This document shows, piece after piece, positions 9,446-19,218 of a DNA stretch of 64,000 bases. The notes below the pieces were generated by a model. The model had not been told where the DNA came from and did no database searches. It was given only the letters and a program-made list of their open reading frames with translations. The DNA lies in NCBI GenBank assembly GCA_963678315.1, contig OY782781.1:1792001-1856000 (forward strand), given 5' to 3'. The position numbers were made by a program, and so were the translations under genes. The first letter of the stretch is position 1. Every line of letters begins with the position of its first letter. The DNA comes from Candidatus Cloacimonadales bacterium (lineage in GTDB: Bacteria; Cloacimonadota; Cloacimonadia; Cloacimonadales; JAFGVF01).

Positions 9446-10389
9446 GGCGTTTTATAATATTAATTAGTTTATTATTAGTTTTTACTGGTATATTCGCTCA
9501 AGAGGTATTGTTTGAGCAAAGTAATGATGTTCCAAATCCTCTTAAAGTGATGTATCCTTTCTCAGTAAAAGTTAAATTTGATAAGAATTTTAGTTATCTA
9601 AAAGCAAACTTAGTTGATGACAAAGATATAATGGTTGCGGATCAAGAATCATTAACTGCAAGTTCAACAGATAGCCTTGTCGTTAAACTAGTCGCTACGA
9701 GAACAGGTCTTATAGAAGTTGCTCCTATAAAGTTGTTATTATTCGATGAAATAGGTACTGATACCTTACTAACTAGTCCTTTTAAAATTGATGTCATAGC
9801 TTTAACTGATTCAACTTCAGTTATTACAGATATCAAGACAGTTAAAACCGATAGTGACCCTTTAACTCTTAAGAGTAATTTTGATTGGTTAACCAGTTGG
9901 ACGTTTTGGATTATTGTTATTTCTGCAATCTTGTTATTGATTATAGGCTTTATAATTTATAGAAAGTGGGACTATATTAGAAGCTTACTAGTCAAAACTG
10001 GAATTCTTGAAGATGATGAAGTTTTACCTGTTTGGGATTTAACTATTCAAGAACTCTTAAATATCAAGCAAAGAATGTTATTAACTGAAACTAATAAATA
10101 CAAATTCTCAATCGAAGAGTCTTTAGTTATTAGAAGATTTTTAGAAGGATACTATAACTTTCCTGCAGCTGAAAAAACAACCTTAGAACTCAAGAATATG
10201 CTTACTAAATACAGAGTTAAAGAGGGAATAAAAATCATTGATATACTCCAAAAACTTGATATAATCAAATATACAGAGGGCAAACAAGATAATAGTAACT
10301 TTAAATCTGAAGACATACATGCTTGGTTTTCAAAATATGTTTCAGATATTAAAAAGTATGAAGAATCGAAAGAAGAAAAAAGAGGGTAA
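9442..10389 (+). CDS. Bat-operon membrane protein (signal peptide, internal TM helix)
   Basis: Signal peptide, TM at ~aa 150-175, RRFLE...AEKTTLE and IKY motifs; usual position between DUF58 and batA. Confidence 0.65.
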   Translation: MRRFIILISLLLVFTGIFAQEVLFEQSNDVPNPLKVMYPFSVKVKFDKNFSYLKANLVDDKDIMVADQESLTASSTDSLVVKLVATRTGLIEVAPIKLLLFDEIGTDTLLTSPFKIDVIALTDSTSVITDIKTVKTDSDPLTLKSNFDWLTSWTFWIIVISAILLLIIGFIIYRKWDYIRSLLVKTGILEDDEVLPVWDLTIQELLNIKQRMLLTETNKYKFSIEESLVIRRFLEGYYNFPAAEKTTLELKNMLTKYRVKEGIKIIDILQKLDIIKYTEGKQDNSNFKSEDIHAWFSKYVSDIKKYEESKEEKRG

Positions 10390-10392
10390 AAG

Positions 10393-11373
10393 ATGATTCA
10401 GTTTGAAAACAAATGGATGTTATTAGCTTTATTGGTTATACCTTTCTATATCTTCTTGCAACACTATTTTACTAAGAAGTATGCAACAAAGATACCTTTC
10501 TCTAAAGCTAGTTATTTATTGAGAACATTAGTTAAAGGAAGTAAGTTCTCTAGCTTAGATATTATTCGATATCTAGCTTTAACAATCTTGATTTTCTCGC
10601 TATCAGAACCACAAATTGAAAGTGGTACTAAGGTAGAAGGTATTTGGCAGAGATCTGATACAGATGTTGTTATTTGTTTGGATGTAAGTGGTTCAATGTT
10701 AGCAGAGACCTATAATCAATTTTCCAGCAAAAGAGGACTCTCGAATAGACTAGAAGATGCTAAAATGGTTATTGATAATTTCATTGAAGGACTAAATAAT
10801 CAGCAAGTTGCTCTTGTTACGTTCTCTAATAGTGCTGAGATTCTTACACCATTATCTGATGATTATAATCTGGTTTCAACAAAGTGTAATGAAATTGCAA
10901 TTAATCGTAATCAGCAAGCATTGACTTCAATTGGTATGGGAATAGCTTTATCATCAGCAATTCTTAAAGATTCTCCAGCAAAATCTAAGTTTATTATACT
11001 GATTACGGATGGTGTAAATACTACAGGGCAATACTCTCCTTTAGAAGCTACAAAATCTTTTGCGGTTCCTTTTGATATACGTATTTATCCAATAGGATTT
11101 GATGCTTCTGCTGCAATGGTAAAATCATCTGTGGATATTGAAACTTTGAATGAGATAGCAAAGTTAACAGGTACTGGACAAGCAGGAAGAGCGAGTTCGA
11201 GTAAAGACTTAGATGACTTAGTTAAGAAGATTAGTGAATCAGAGAAAATACATGAAAAGAAGGAACTTCCGGTTGCATATAAATCGATTCATGTCTATTT
11301 GCTCATCTTATCACTGATTCTTTTATTCGTTGAATTGATAGCAAGAAAAGTACTCTATTATGAGTTCCAATAA
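10393..11373 (+). CDS. batA: BatA-like VWA domain protein
   Basis: N-terminal F...W.LLALL TM, MIDAS DVSGSM, T.IG, ILITDGVN, C-terminal TM. Confidence 0.8.
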   Translation: MIQFENKWMLLALLVIPFYIFLQHYFTKKYATKIPFSKASYLLRTLVKGSKFSSLDIIRYLALTILIFSLSEPQIESGTKVEGIWQRSDTDVVICLDVSGSMLAETYNQFSSKRGLSNRLEDAKMVIDNFIEGLNNQQVALVTFSNSAEILTPLSDDYNLVSTKCNEIAINRNQQALTSIGMGIALSSAILKDSPAKSKFIILITDGVNTTGQYSPLEATKSFAVPFDIRIYPIGFDASAAMVKSSVDIETLNEIAKLTGTGQAGRASSSKDLDDLVKKISESEKIHEKKELPVAYKSIHVYLLILSLILLFVELIARKVLYYEFQ

Positions 11374-11382
11374 GAGGTTTAT

Positions 11383-12387
11383 ATGATTTGGGGTAATGAA
11401 TATTCGGAACTAATTATTTATGTTGGAATTGTCTCAGTGTTAGTATTAGTCGTTGGGATTATTATATTGACTGGTAGATTAAGAAAACTAAAATTTTCTA
11501 AGTTTGCAGAAGCAAGATTCTTTAATTTTTATAATCAAGGCTTTATTGATTTTTTCTGGAATCTAAAAACAGTTCTTTTTGGTTTTGCATTAGCGCTAAT
11601 TTTACTTGGTATAGCTTCTCCAAAATGGGGTAAGAAAGAAACAGACTACGTCCGCTCTGGCATAGATATAGTAGTAATGCTTGATGTCTCAAAGAGCATG
11701 GATGTAGCTGATGTGTCTCCATCTAGATTAAAACGTTCATTATCTTTAATTAGTATGTTATCCGATAAGTTACAGGGTGATAGAATTTCTTTAATCACTT
11801 TTGCTGGTGAAGCTAAAACAGTATTTCCGTTTACAGATAATATAACTATAGCAAAATCTTTATCTAATCTTGTAAATACTGATGATGTAAAGGTTATGGG
11901 AACTAATATCCCAGTTGCTCTTGCTCATGCAGAAGAACTGATAGAGCGTTCTGCGAAGAAGAATGTAGTGATTTTTCTCTTTAGTGATGGAGAGAATCTT
12001 GAGAAATCAGAAAAGCATATCATGAGTAAAGTGAAAGATTTAAATAGAAAAGGTGCTAAAATATATTCTATTGGAGTGGGTACACCAAACGGAGAACTTC
12101 TTAGTGATGATAAATCTGTTAGATCTAAACTTAATGAGGATCTTTTAACTAAGATTGCTGATGAAACAGGTGGTAAGTACATAAGCTTAAATTCTGAGAC
12201 TAATTCTGTTCAAGAGTTAGAAGAGATAATTAAAGATTATGATAAGAATAGATATATGTCCAAGAATCCACTATTTTACAAAGACCAGTTCTGGTTACCA
12301 GTTTTGATTGCAATAATATTATTAATTATTGAGTCTTTTATTCCATACAACAAAAAAATAAAATTTAAACGCTACATAGAGAGTTAA
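11383..12387 (+). CDS. batB: BatB-like VWA domain protein
   Basis: PKWG, GIDIVVMLDVSKSMDVADVSPSRL, FAG, GTNI, SDGE, GVGT. Confidence 0.85.
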   Translation: MIWGNEYSELIIYVGIVSVLVLVVGIIILTGRLRKLKFSKFAEARFFNFYNQGFIDFFWNLKTVLFGFALALILLGIASPKWGKKETDYVRSGIDIVVMLDVSKSMDVADVSPSRLKRSLSLISMLSDKLQGDRISLITFAGEAKTVFPFTDNITIAKSLSNLVNTDDVKVMGTNIPVALAHAEELIERSAKKNVVIFLFSDGENLEKSEKHIMSKVKDLNRKGAKIYSIGVGTPNGELLSDDKSVRSKLNEDLLTKIADETGGKYISLNSETNSVQELEEIIKDYDKNRYMSKNPLFYKDQFWLPVLIAIILLIIESFIPYNKKIKFKRYIES

Positions 12388-12390
12388 AAT

Positions 12391-13362
12391 ATGAAAAAGG
12401 TTATATTTCTTGTCTTATTATCAGTTCTAGTATGTAGTCTTATGGGCTCTAGAGTTAATCGAGAGAATAATAAAGGGACAGAATTGTTTCTTGATTCTTT
12501 ATATACTGAAGCAGAAGAACACTTCAAAGTTGCTCTAGAAGAAGATGAGTTTAACCCCATTGTTAATTACAATTATGGCTTGAACTTACTTAAAAAGTAT
12601 CAAGATTTCAAGAGTCGAGATGATTTGAAGCAGGCGATAGATTACATGTCAAAAGCTAAGCAAGATACAGTTAAATCATTAGATTATCTCGCAAGTTATA
12701 ACTTAGGAAATTTATACTACTTCAATGAGGAATATGATAAGGCTCTTGAAGAGTATAGTTCAGCAGCCTCCTTATTAGATTCTACAGCAGTAGATTTAGA
12801 TTTAGTATATAACACAGCCAATACAATCTACAAACTAACAGAGAAAGAATCGTCTAAAGATAGTCTTTTAACTCTAGTAGCTAGTATGTATAATTCAATC
12901 ATTGAGGATGTTCCTGATAATGAGAAAGCTAATATTTTACATAATCTTGGGAATGTATGTATGCAAAAACAGGATTTTCAAGGAGCTGTTGAACAATATA
13001 GCAAAGCTCTGCTAAGCAATCCTTATGATGATGAAACTAGGTATAACTATGAAATAGCTTTGCGTAAGCTAAAAGAACAAGAACAACAAAATCAACAAAA
13101 GCAGGACCAGAAACAACAAGATAAGAAGCAAGATAAGAAAGAGCAAAAGCAGGATAAACAGAATCAACAAAATCAAAAAGAACAGCAGAAAAAGGAATCT
13201 GAAAGAAAGCAAGATGAGTATAAGCAGATGAATAAGAAAGAGAAGCAGAAGTTAGATGCAGAAAAGAAATTAAATGCTCTAATACAACAGCAATCACAAG
13301 ATAAAAAAGATAAAGACAAGAAGCCTGTGATTAAGGTGCCACCATCAGGAAGGTTCTGGTAA
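12391..13362 (+). CDS. batC: BatC-like TPR protein with Q/K/D-rich linker
   Basis: YNLGN/HNLGN TPR motifs, ETRYNYE, long QQKQD low-complexity tract, terminal W. Confidence 0.8.
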   Translation: MKKVIFLVLLSVLVCSLMGSRVNRENNKGTELFLDSLYTEAEEHFKVALEEDEFNPIVNYNYGLNLLKKYQDFKSRDDLKQAIDYMSKAKQDTVKSLDYLASYNLGNLYYFNEEYDKALEEYSSAASLLDSTAVDLDLVYNTANTIYKLTEKESSKDSLLTLVASMYNSIIEDVPDNEKANILHNLGNVCMQKQDFQGAVEQYSKALLSNPYDDETRYNYEIALRKLKEQEQQNQQKQDQKQQDKKQDKKEQKQDKQNQQNQKEQQKKESERKQDEYKQMNKKEKQKLDAEKKLNALIQQQSQDKKDKDKKPVIKVPPSGRFW

Positions 13363-15089
13363 TGAAGAAGCTACTTATAATATTAGTAATTCTATCTTCT
13401 GTATTTATACTCTCAGGTAATGTTACAGTTGATACAGATATTTCTTCTACTACAATCGGACTTGAAGATGTACTTACCTGGAAAGTTAGTGCTGAATCTG
13501 ATAAACAAGAAGATCTTGATATTAAGATTGATTTTAAAGATTTTGATTTCACAGTCTACGGTCCAAGTGTATCTTCAGGAACATCAATAAGCTTTGTTAA
13601 TGGTCGCTCTACAACAGCTCAATCAAAAGATTATACTTATACTCTCAAACCTAACAAAAAAGGTAAACTTCAAATTCCTTCAATGAAGATTATCGTTAAT
13701 AACAAGACATATTATTCTAAGGAATATGTTATTGATGTTAAAGAAGGCTCATTAGCTAGACGCCATGCACCCAATCGATTTGGTAGATCTTCTATTTTTG
13801 ATGATTTTTTTGGAAGTCCAGAACCCAGAAGAAGAAGTAGGGAAGAGGTATTTGTTGAAGTTGAATTTTCTAATCAGAATGTATACTTCGGAGAAGAAGT
13901 TGAGGTTAAATATATAGTCTATAACAATTTTGAGATGTTTGGTTATAATCTATCTATAGAACCTCATGTTGGTTATGGCTATGTCCTTACTGAAGAAGGT
14001 GAAAAACGATTCCAAAGAGTTAGGAAAGATGGTAAAATATATAATCGTAAAGTTATTGGAACTTATACAATAACTCCTAACATAACAGGTAAGATTAAAG
14101 TTCCAACTGTTAATATCATCAATCAATTCTATGGCTCAACTTATAAGAGCCCAGATAAATATGTTAATGTGAAAGCTCTTCCTGAGAAGAATAAAAGTAT
14201 TGATTTCTCTAACGGTATAGGTAAATTTACTATTAAAGCTAAATTATCACGTCATACGTTGCTAGTTAACAATCAATGTGATTTGATTGTAGAGATAGAA
14301 GGACAGGGTAATCTTGAAGATGTTATTTATCCTGAAGCTCCAGAAATCGAAGGAATTGAGTTTTTAGATCCTACAGGTGAATTAATACAAGATGCAGAAA
14401 ACAATAAATTAGTTTTAAAATATACTATTATACCTTCTGAGGTTGGTAAATTTATAATCCCTCCGATGTCATTCAATTTCTTTGATAAAGATAAGAAAGA
14501 TTATGTAACAGTCTATTCTGGAGAAGAAGTTTTGAAAGTTGCTTCTAATGGAAATTATAAATTAGCAGGAAATTCTAGTGATCAATTTTATACTAGAAAT
14601 AAACCCTTTATGGGGAAAATCAGTCATGAGATTATCTTATTCCATAAATCATGGTATTGGCTTTTATTAGCTATTGCTCTCATCTCTCTTATCGCTTACC
14701 TAGTTTTATACAAAATTTCTAAGCTAAGGAATAGTAACATTTCTTATGTTAGAAGGACTAGTGCAGAAAAGAAACTAAAGGAAGCTATCAAAAATGCTGA
14801 GGAGCAATCTACTTTAAACAGTACAGCCTTCTATAGTATTATTGAGAATAGTTTGCTTAGCTTCATTGCAAAGGTTACAGGTGTATCATTACAGAAATCC
14901 CAAGAAGAAATTATTCAAGCTCTAGAAAATAGCTATATAAAGAAAGTAACAGCAGAAAAGATTAATTACATGCTAAAGCATTGTGAAAGAATAAAATTTC
15001 AACCTAATAGTTCTAATCCTCAAAATCTAGAAAATGATCTAAATAGGTTTAAAGATATTTTTAAGGAGATTGTTAATGCAAGTAAGTAA
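13362..15089 (+). CDS. batD: BatD-family protein
   Basis: Signal peptide, GPSVSSGTSISFVNG, VKALP, GIGKF, GQGNL, C-terminal TM; operon position. Confidence 0.85.
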   Translation: MKKLLIILVILSSVFILSGNVTVDTDISSTTIGLEDVLTWKVSAESDKQEDLDIKIDFKDFDFTVYGPSVSSGTSISFVNGRSTTAQSKDYTYTLKPNKKGKLQIPSMKIIVNNKTYYSKEYVIDVKEGSLARRHAPNRFGRSSIFDDFFGSPEPRRRSREEVFVEVEFSNQNVYFGEEVEVKYIVYNNFEMFGYNLSIEPHVGYGYVLTEEGEKRFQRVRKDGKIYNRKVIGTYTITPNITGKIKVPTVNIINQFYGSTYKSPDKYVNVKALPEKNKSIDFSNGIGKFTIKAKLSRHTLLVNNQCDLIVEIEGQGNLEDVIYPEAPEIEGIEFLDPTGELIQDAENNKLVLKYTIIPSEVGKFIIPPMSFNFFDKDKKDYVTVYSGEEVLKVASNGNYKLAGNSSDQFYTRNKPFMGKISHEIILFHKSWYWLLLAIALISLIAYLVLYKISKLRNSNISYVRRTSAEKKLKEAIKNAEEQSTLNSTAFYSIIENSLLSFIAKVTGVSLQKSQEEIIQALENSYIKKVTAEKINYMLKHCERIKFQPNSSNPQNLENDLNRFKDIFKEIVNASK

Positions 15090-15861
15090 AATGTATAAAT
15101 ATGTGATAATCATTTTGTTTATGATTAATCTATCCTCTTTAATGAGTAGTAACCTAAAAGATACTAACATAACTTTTTCAGCTGGACTGGATTACTTTTC
15201 TAAAGCCCAGTATGAAGAAGCTCTTGATAAGTTTGAGCATTTAGAGAAATTCTCTAATGATCCAAATTTATATTATAATATTGGAACGTGTCATTATCAG
15301 CTAAACAATATTGGCAAGGCAGTCTTGTATTATAAACGTGGACTCTTGCTTGATAGTTCTAATCAAAGAATTCGTGATGCACTTGCAAGCATAGAAGAAC
15401 AAATTATTAACACTGATGATTATTCTCAAAGCTTTTTAAATAGATTGATTATGGATAGCTATAATTATTTAAGTCTTAACAGGTTAGCATGGCTGACTTT
15501 ATTTTGTATATTTCTTTTTGGCTTAATGTTATTTCTTTCATTGTCTAGTAAGTTGAATATCTCAGTTCTTGCAAAAAGATTTTATTTAACCTTCTCAGTA
15601 TTCTTACTCGCTTCAGTAGTTACTATTTCATTCATTAAGTACATTTCATTCAAAAACAATGACCAAATAGTTATTATAGAAGATAAAACAATTATTAAGA
15701 AAGCTGATGAGAATAGGGTTTTGCTTACTCAGAAGAAGTTAAAAGCTGGTACAACTCTTAAATATCTTGGTCAGAAAGATGATAATTCTATTGTTGCACT
15801 TCCTAATGGAGAACGTATACTCATAGATAAAGATTCATACAGTTTTGTTAAAGCAAAGTAG
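15076..15861 (+). CDS. batE: BatE-like TPR/membrane protein
   Basis: LYYNIG...IGKAVLYYKRGL TPR, two TM helices, C-terminal SH3-like segment; AAGGAG before ATG 15076. Confidence 0.8.
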   Translation: MQVSKMYKYVIIILFMINLSSLMSSNLKDTNITFSAGLDYFSKAQYEEALDKFEHLEKFSNDPNLYYNIGTCHYQLNNIGKAVLYYKRGLLLDSSNQRIRDALASIEEQIINTDDYSQSFLNRLIMDSYNYLSLNRLAWLTLFCIFLFGLMLFLSLSSKLNISVLAKRFYLTFSVFLLASVVTISFIKYISFKNNDQIVIIEDKTIIKKADENRVLLTQKKLKAGTTLKYLGQKDDNSIVALPNGERILIDKDSYSFVKAK

Positions 15862-16037
15862 CCTTTCAACTCAATAAAACTGATTAGCTATAAAGAAAAA
15901 GCTTATGTTATTTACAAGTCTTTCTGCCTTTTGAAAAAAATATATGTATAAACTTATTTTATAAAGTACAAAATAAATTTGTTTTTGTAAAAAACAAAGC
16001 AAAAACACACAGACTTATAGCTTTGGCAAAAATCTAG

Positions 16038-16067
16038 AAAGAGCTTTGATTATTCAAAGCTCTTTTT
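16038..16067. terminator. Bidirectional intrinsic terminator between the bat operon and the PDZ gene
   Basis: AAAGAGCTTTGA-ttat-TCAAAGCTCTTTTT between convergent genes. Confidence 0.8.
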
Positions 16068-16091
16068 CAATATGTTTTGGGCTACACCTTT

Positions 16092-17282
16092 CTATAAGAG
16101 TGCATCTTCTTTTAAATCATATAAGTTTTCAATAATCTTTAGACCATCGAACTTAAAATGTTTGATATCTAAATCTTTAATCAAATCATCGATATCTACA
16201 TCGAATTGAAAATTATCAAAGTCTTCAGTATGCTTAAAAATATTATTACGTTCTGCAATTTCAACTGAAAAATCTTTTATTTCATCATTTCTTTTTACTT
16301 TAATTGATATTTTATCTCCAACATTATGTCGCTGGATTTCTTCTATGAAATCTTTGATTGATGTAACTTCCATATCTCCTATTGAAATGACAATATCATC
16401 TTTTTCTAATCCTGCTTTGCCTGCTGGGCTTTCTGGCATCACTTCTTCAATAACTAGACCTGACTTCTTCCCATTAACATTGGAATAACTGACCTTTACT
16501 CCGATAACATTATTATCTTGAGAATCAAATTTAAACATATAAGTTTTTTTATTCTTGTTATCAAACCAATCTGCATCTAAAAAAGAACTTGAATTGCTGA
16601 GGATTTGGGATAAATCGCTTTCTCCAAGCTCTACTTCTATTTTCCTTTCTTTTTCTTGAGAAGCTTTATAAACTAGAAGTTTAACTATATCTCCTGGTTT
16701 ATAATTCTTAAGCATACTAGCTAATTGTCCATGAGTGTATACTTTTTCACCATCCATTTTCATTATGATGTCATTAGGCTCAAGTCCAGCTTCATAAGCA
16801 GGTGAATCTTCTATAATAGTTGACAGAATCACACCATAATTGTTATTGTAGTTTAAATCTTTTTTTATTATAGAAGTTAGGGTTCCAGAAATAATACCTA
16901 GATATGCGCTTCTTGGTTGAACATCTTCTCGGGATCCTAACTCTATTTTTTTTGATATCTCTTCATTCTTACGTAAAATTACAAGTTTAACTTCATCACC
17001 TTTTTCTTTAACTGATAACATCTTAGATAATTGATTAGAAGTGTATATTTTTTCTCCATCTAGCTTTAGAACAATATCTCCAACTTCTAAATTAGCATTA
17101 TGTGCAGGACTTTTGTCAATAATTTCTTCAATCACCAGACCTTTGTTTTCTAGCTTATTTTTGGCATACTCATCTGAAGTAGGTTCTCTTAATAATACAC
17201 CAAGAAAACCCTCTGCAAATAGGACGCTACTAGTAATAAATAAGACAGTGGTTAATATTATTTTGACTGGATTCTTAATCAT
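16092..17282 (-). CDS. Exported protein with three PDZ domains and no protease domain
   Basis: Signal peptide, then three repeats GFLGV/AYLGI/VIGV...SPA..A.L...DI. Confidence 0.85.
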   Translation of the reverse strand: MIKNPVKIILTTVLFITSSVLFAEGFLGVLLREPTSDEYAKNKLENKGLVIEEIIDKSPAHNANLEVGDIVLKLDGEKIYTSNQLSKMLSVKEKGDEVKLVILRKNEEISKKIELGSREDVQPRSAYLGIISGTLTSIIKKDLNYNNNYGVILSTIIEDSPAYEAGLEPNDIIMKMDGEKVYTHGQLASMLKNYKPGDIVKLLVYKASQEKERKIEVELGESDLSQILSNSSSFLDADWFDNKNKKTYMFKFDSQDNNVIGVKVSYSNVNGKKSGLVIEEVMPESPAGKAGLEKDDIVISIGDMEVTSIKDFIEEIQRHNVGDKISIKVKRNDEIKDFSVEIAERNNIFKHTEDFDNFQFDVDIDDLIKDLDIKHFKFDGLKIIENLYDLKEDALL

Positions 17283-17290
17283 ACTTTACC

Positions 17291-17815
17291 TCACATTTTT
17301 CTTATTACTTTCCTATTGTTATTACTTTCAATTTCGTTAATCAAGATAATACCATCAGAATTTTCTCTTTGAATTTTTCTAATCATATATATCTTTCCTT
17401 CTTCAAAATCATCAGGATTTATAGAATTGATAGTTTGAATATTATTGTTGTTTACGACATTATACTGCTTGTCCTTCTGTGTTTCCATCTTGTTTTTTGC
17501 TATAGCAGACAAGCCTTCAAAACCATTGATTTGTTCATTATTGTCACTTTCAACTGATTTAGTTACTTCAGTTTTTGGTGAATTCTCTCCCATAACTAGA
17601 TTATTTGCTTTACTTGCTAGAGAAGGCTTAATTACTAGAACCATGGAAAGTATTAAAAATAAAAATGCACTACTAAGGGCAAACCTAAATGAATTATGAT
17701 AAGTTTTTCTAAAGTACTTATTTTGTATCTTATCTCTTAATTCATACTTCAAAGAAATATCTTCAATTTCGGGAATCTTAAGGTTTGCAAGCCTTTCTTC
17801 AAATTTCTCCATCAT
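17291..17815 (-). CDS. Putative membrane anti-sigma factor
   Basis: Short cytoplasmic N-terminus, single TM (aa ~45-62); overlaps the ECF sigma stop. Confidence 0.6.
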   Translation of the reverse strand: MMEKFEERLANLKIPEIEDISLKYELRDKIQNKYFRKTYHNSFRFALSSAFLFLILSMVLVIKPSLASKANNLVMGENSPKTEVTKSVESDNNEQINGFEGLSAIAKNKMETQKDKQYNVVNNNNIQTINSINPDDFEEGKIYMIRKIQRENSDGIILINEIESNNNRKVIRKM

Positions 17816-18347
17816 TACTCCCTTCGAGGTTAATCATAATTTTTTTGAGTTTCTTCATTGCTCTATGCAGTTGGACCTTAACAGCACCTTCTTTTTTATT
17901 AAAAATCTCAGCTAATTCTTTATTGCTTTTCTTTTCAAAGTATTTAAGAATGATTATATTCTGATCTTTTTCTGATAATCTGCTTATTCCAACTTTTAGA
18001 TTTGAATAATCAATATGTATATCTTCCCCTAACGGGTCAGCTATATTATGCTTAACTTCTCGATCTAATTTTCTACTTCTACCAGATTTTCTATAAAAAT
18101 CTGTAACTTCATTCATAGCAATTCTATATATCCATCCAGAAAAAGCACCTTTGTATAAATATTTAAATTTATAGAGGTTTTTCATAGCCTTCATGAAGGT
18201 GTTAGATACTATGTCTCTACGTGTTTCTTCATCACTGACCTTGTGATAAACAAATCTATTTATCATAGGAAAGTACTTGTTATAAAGTTCTTCGAAGGCA
18301 TTTATATCCTTCTTTGCTTTGTTAACTAATTCTCTATCTTCCATCAT
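17799..18347 (-). CDS. ECF sigma-70 factor
   Basis: AFEELY, DIVSNTFMKA, FSGWIYRIAMN (region 2); ELAEIF...AVKVQLHRA (region 4). Confidence 0.93.
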   Translation of the reverse strand: MMEDRELVNKAKKDINAFEELYNKYFPMINRFVYHKVSDEETRRDIVSNTFMKAMKNLYKFKYLYKGAFSGWIYRIAMNEVTDFYRKSGRSRKLDREVKHNIADPLGEDIHIDYSNLKVGISRLSEKDQNIIILKYFEKKSNKELAEIFNKKEGAVKVQLHRAMKKLKKIMINLEGSNDGEI

Positions 18348-18405
18348 CCTCTCTCATATATTTGTAACGATAAAGGGGCTTGAAGTTACATATAAATTGT
18401 AATTA

Positions 18406-19200
18406 TTATTGTATTATTGATTTTAGTGCTTTCTTATAAGTTTCAAATCCAGTTTCAGAATGTTTTAAATCTTTTAAATGTAGAATATGAAGGTTTATAT
18501 TAATCGAAGTTTTCATAGTGAACTTCCCCCAGAATGCATCAAATTTAGAAACAATTCTTGAATCATCAAAATTGCTTGTGCTAGTAAAAATATTCACTTC
18601 CTTGTTTAGCAAAGAGCTATTCCAATCATTAACTTTTGAGAATAAATAATCATCTGCCCACCAAACACTTGGGCTTGCTAATATGAAATCAGTAAACTTA
18701 GTGTCATTGTTGCATTCCATCAGGTAATATAAGCCCAAAAAACCACCTAATGAATGACCAAAAAAGACTCTTTTCTCTACTACAATATCTAAGTGACTTT
18801 CAACTTGTGGAATTAGCTCTTCATTGATAAAGTTAACATATTTATGAGCATATCCATGAAAAGATGTTGGCTTTTGAGGAGGCGCAGTAAAATCCTTTTC
18901 TCTATAATTAATACCTTTATAAGCTATGCTAATCAAGATTAGTGGCTGGTCTGGGTACTTAGCTTTCAAATAAGACCTAAATTGACTTAGAAAAGAGTCT
19001 CCATCGAGAATATACAAGACTATTGCAGGAGAGTCTTTTGCAATAGTCCCATTCTCAAATTTATCAATAACATAACTGTTCCCAGTATATTCCGAATCAA
19101 TATTATACCAAGCATTACAAGTATTTTTATGAATTCTAAAATACCATAGAAGTAGCAAGATAGATAATATAACGAATATTAATGTTAACAGTCTTTTCAT
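18406..19200 (-). CDS. IroE/BesA-like alpha/beta hydrolase (esterase) with N-terminal TM or signal
   Basis: LYILDGD, REKDFT, GHSLGG nucleophile elbow, SPSVWW, terminal H. Confidence 0.8.
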   Translation of the reverse strand: MKRLLTLIFVILSILLLLWYFRIHKNTCNAWYNIDSEYTGNSYVIDKFENGTIAKDSPAIVLYILDGDSFLSQFRSYLKAKYPDQPLILISIAYKGINYREKDFTAPPQKPTSFHGYAHKYVNFINEELIPQVESHLDIVVEKRVFFGHSLGGFLGLYYLMECNNDTKFTDFILASPSVWWADDYLFSKVNDWNSSLLNKEVNIFTSTSNFDDSRIVSKFDAFWGKFTMKTSININLHILHLKDLKHSETGFETYKKALKSIIQ

Positions 19201-19218
19201 AGATTTTACTTATTCTTC

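Noticed and set aside
13075..13320. CAA/AAG-rich tract as a contingency or phase-variation repeat
   Set aside because: It is an imperfect in-frame Q/K/D linker typical of BatC-like proteins, not a perfect simple-sequence repeat.
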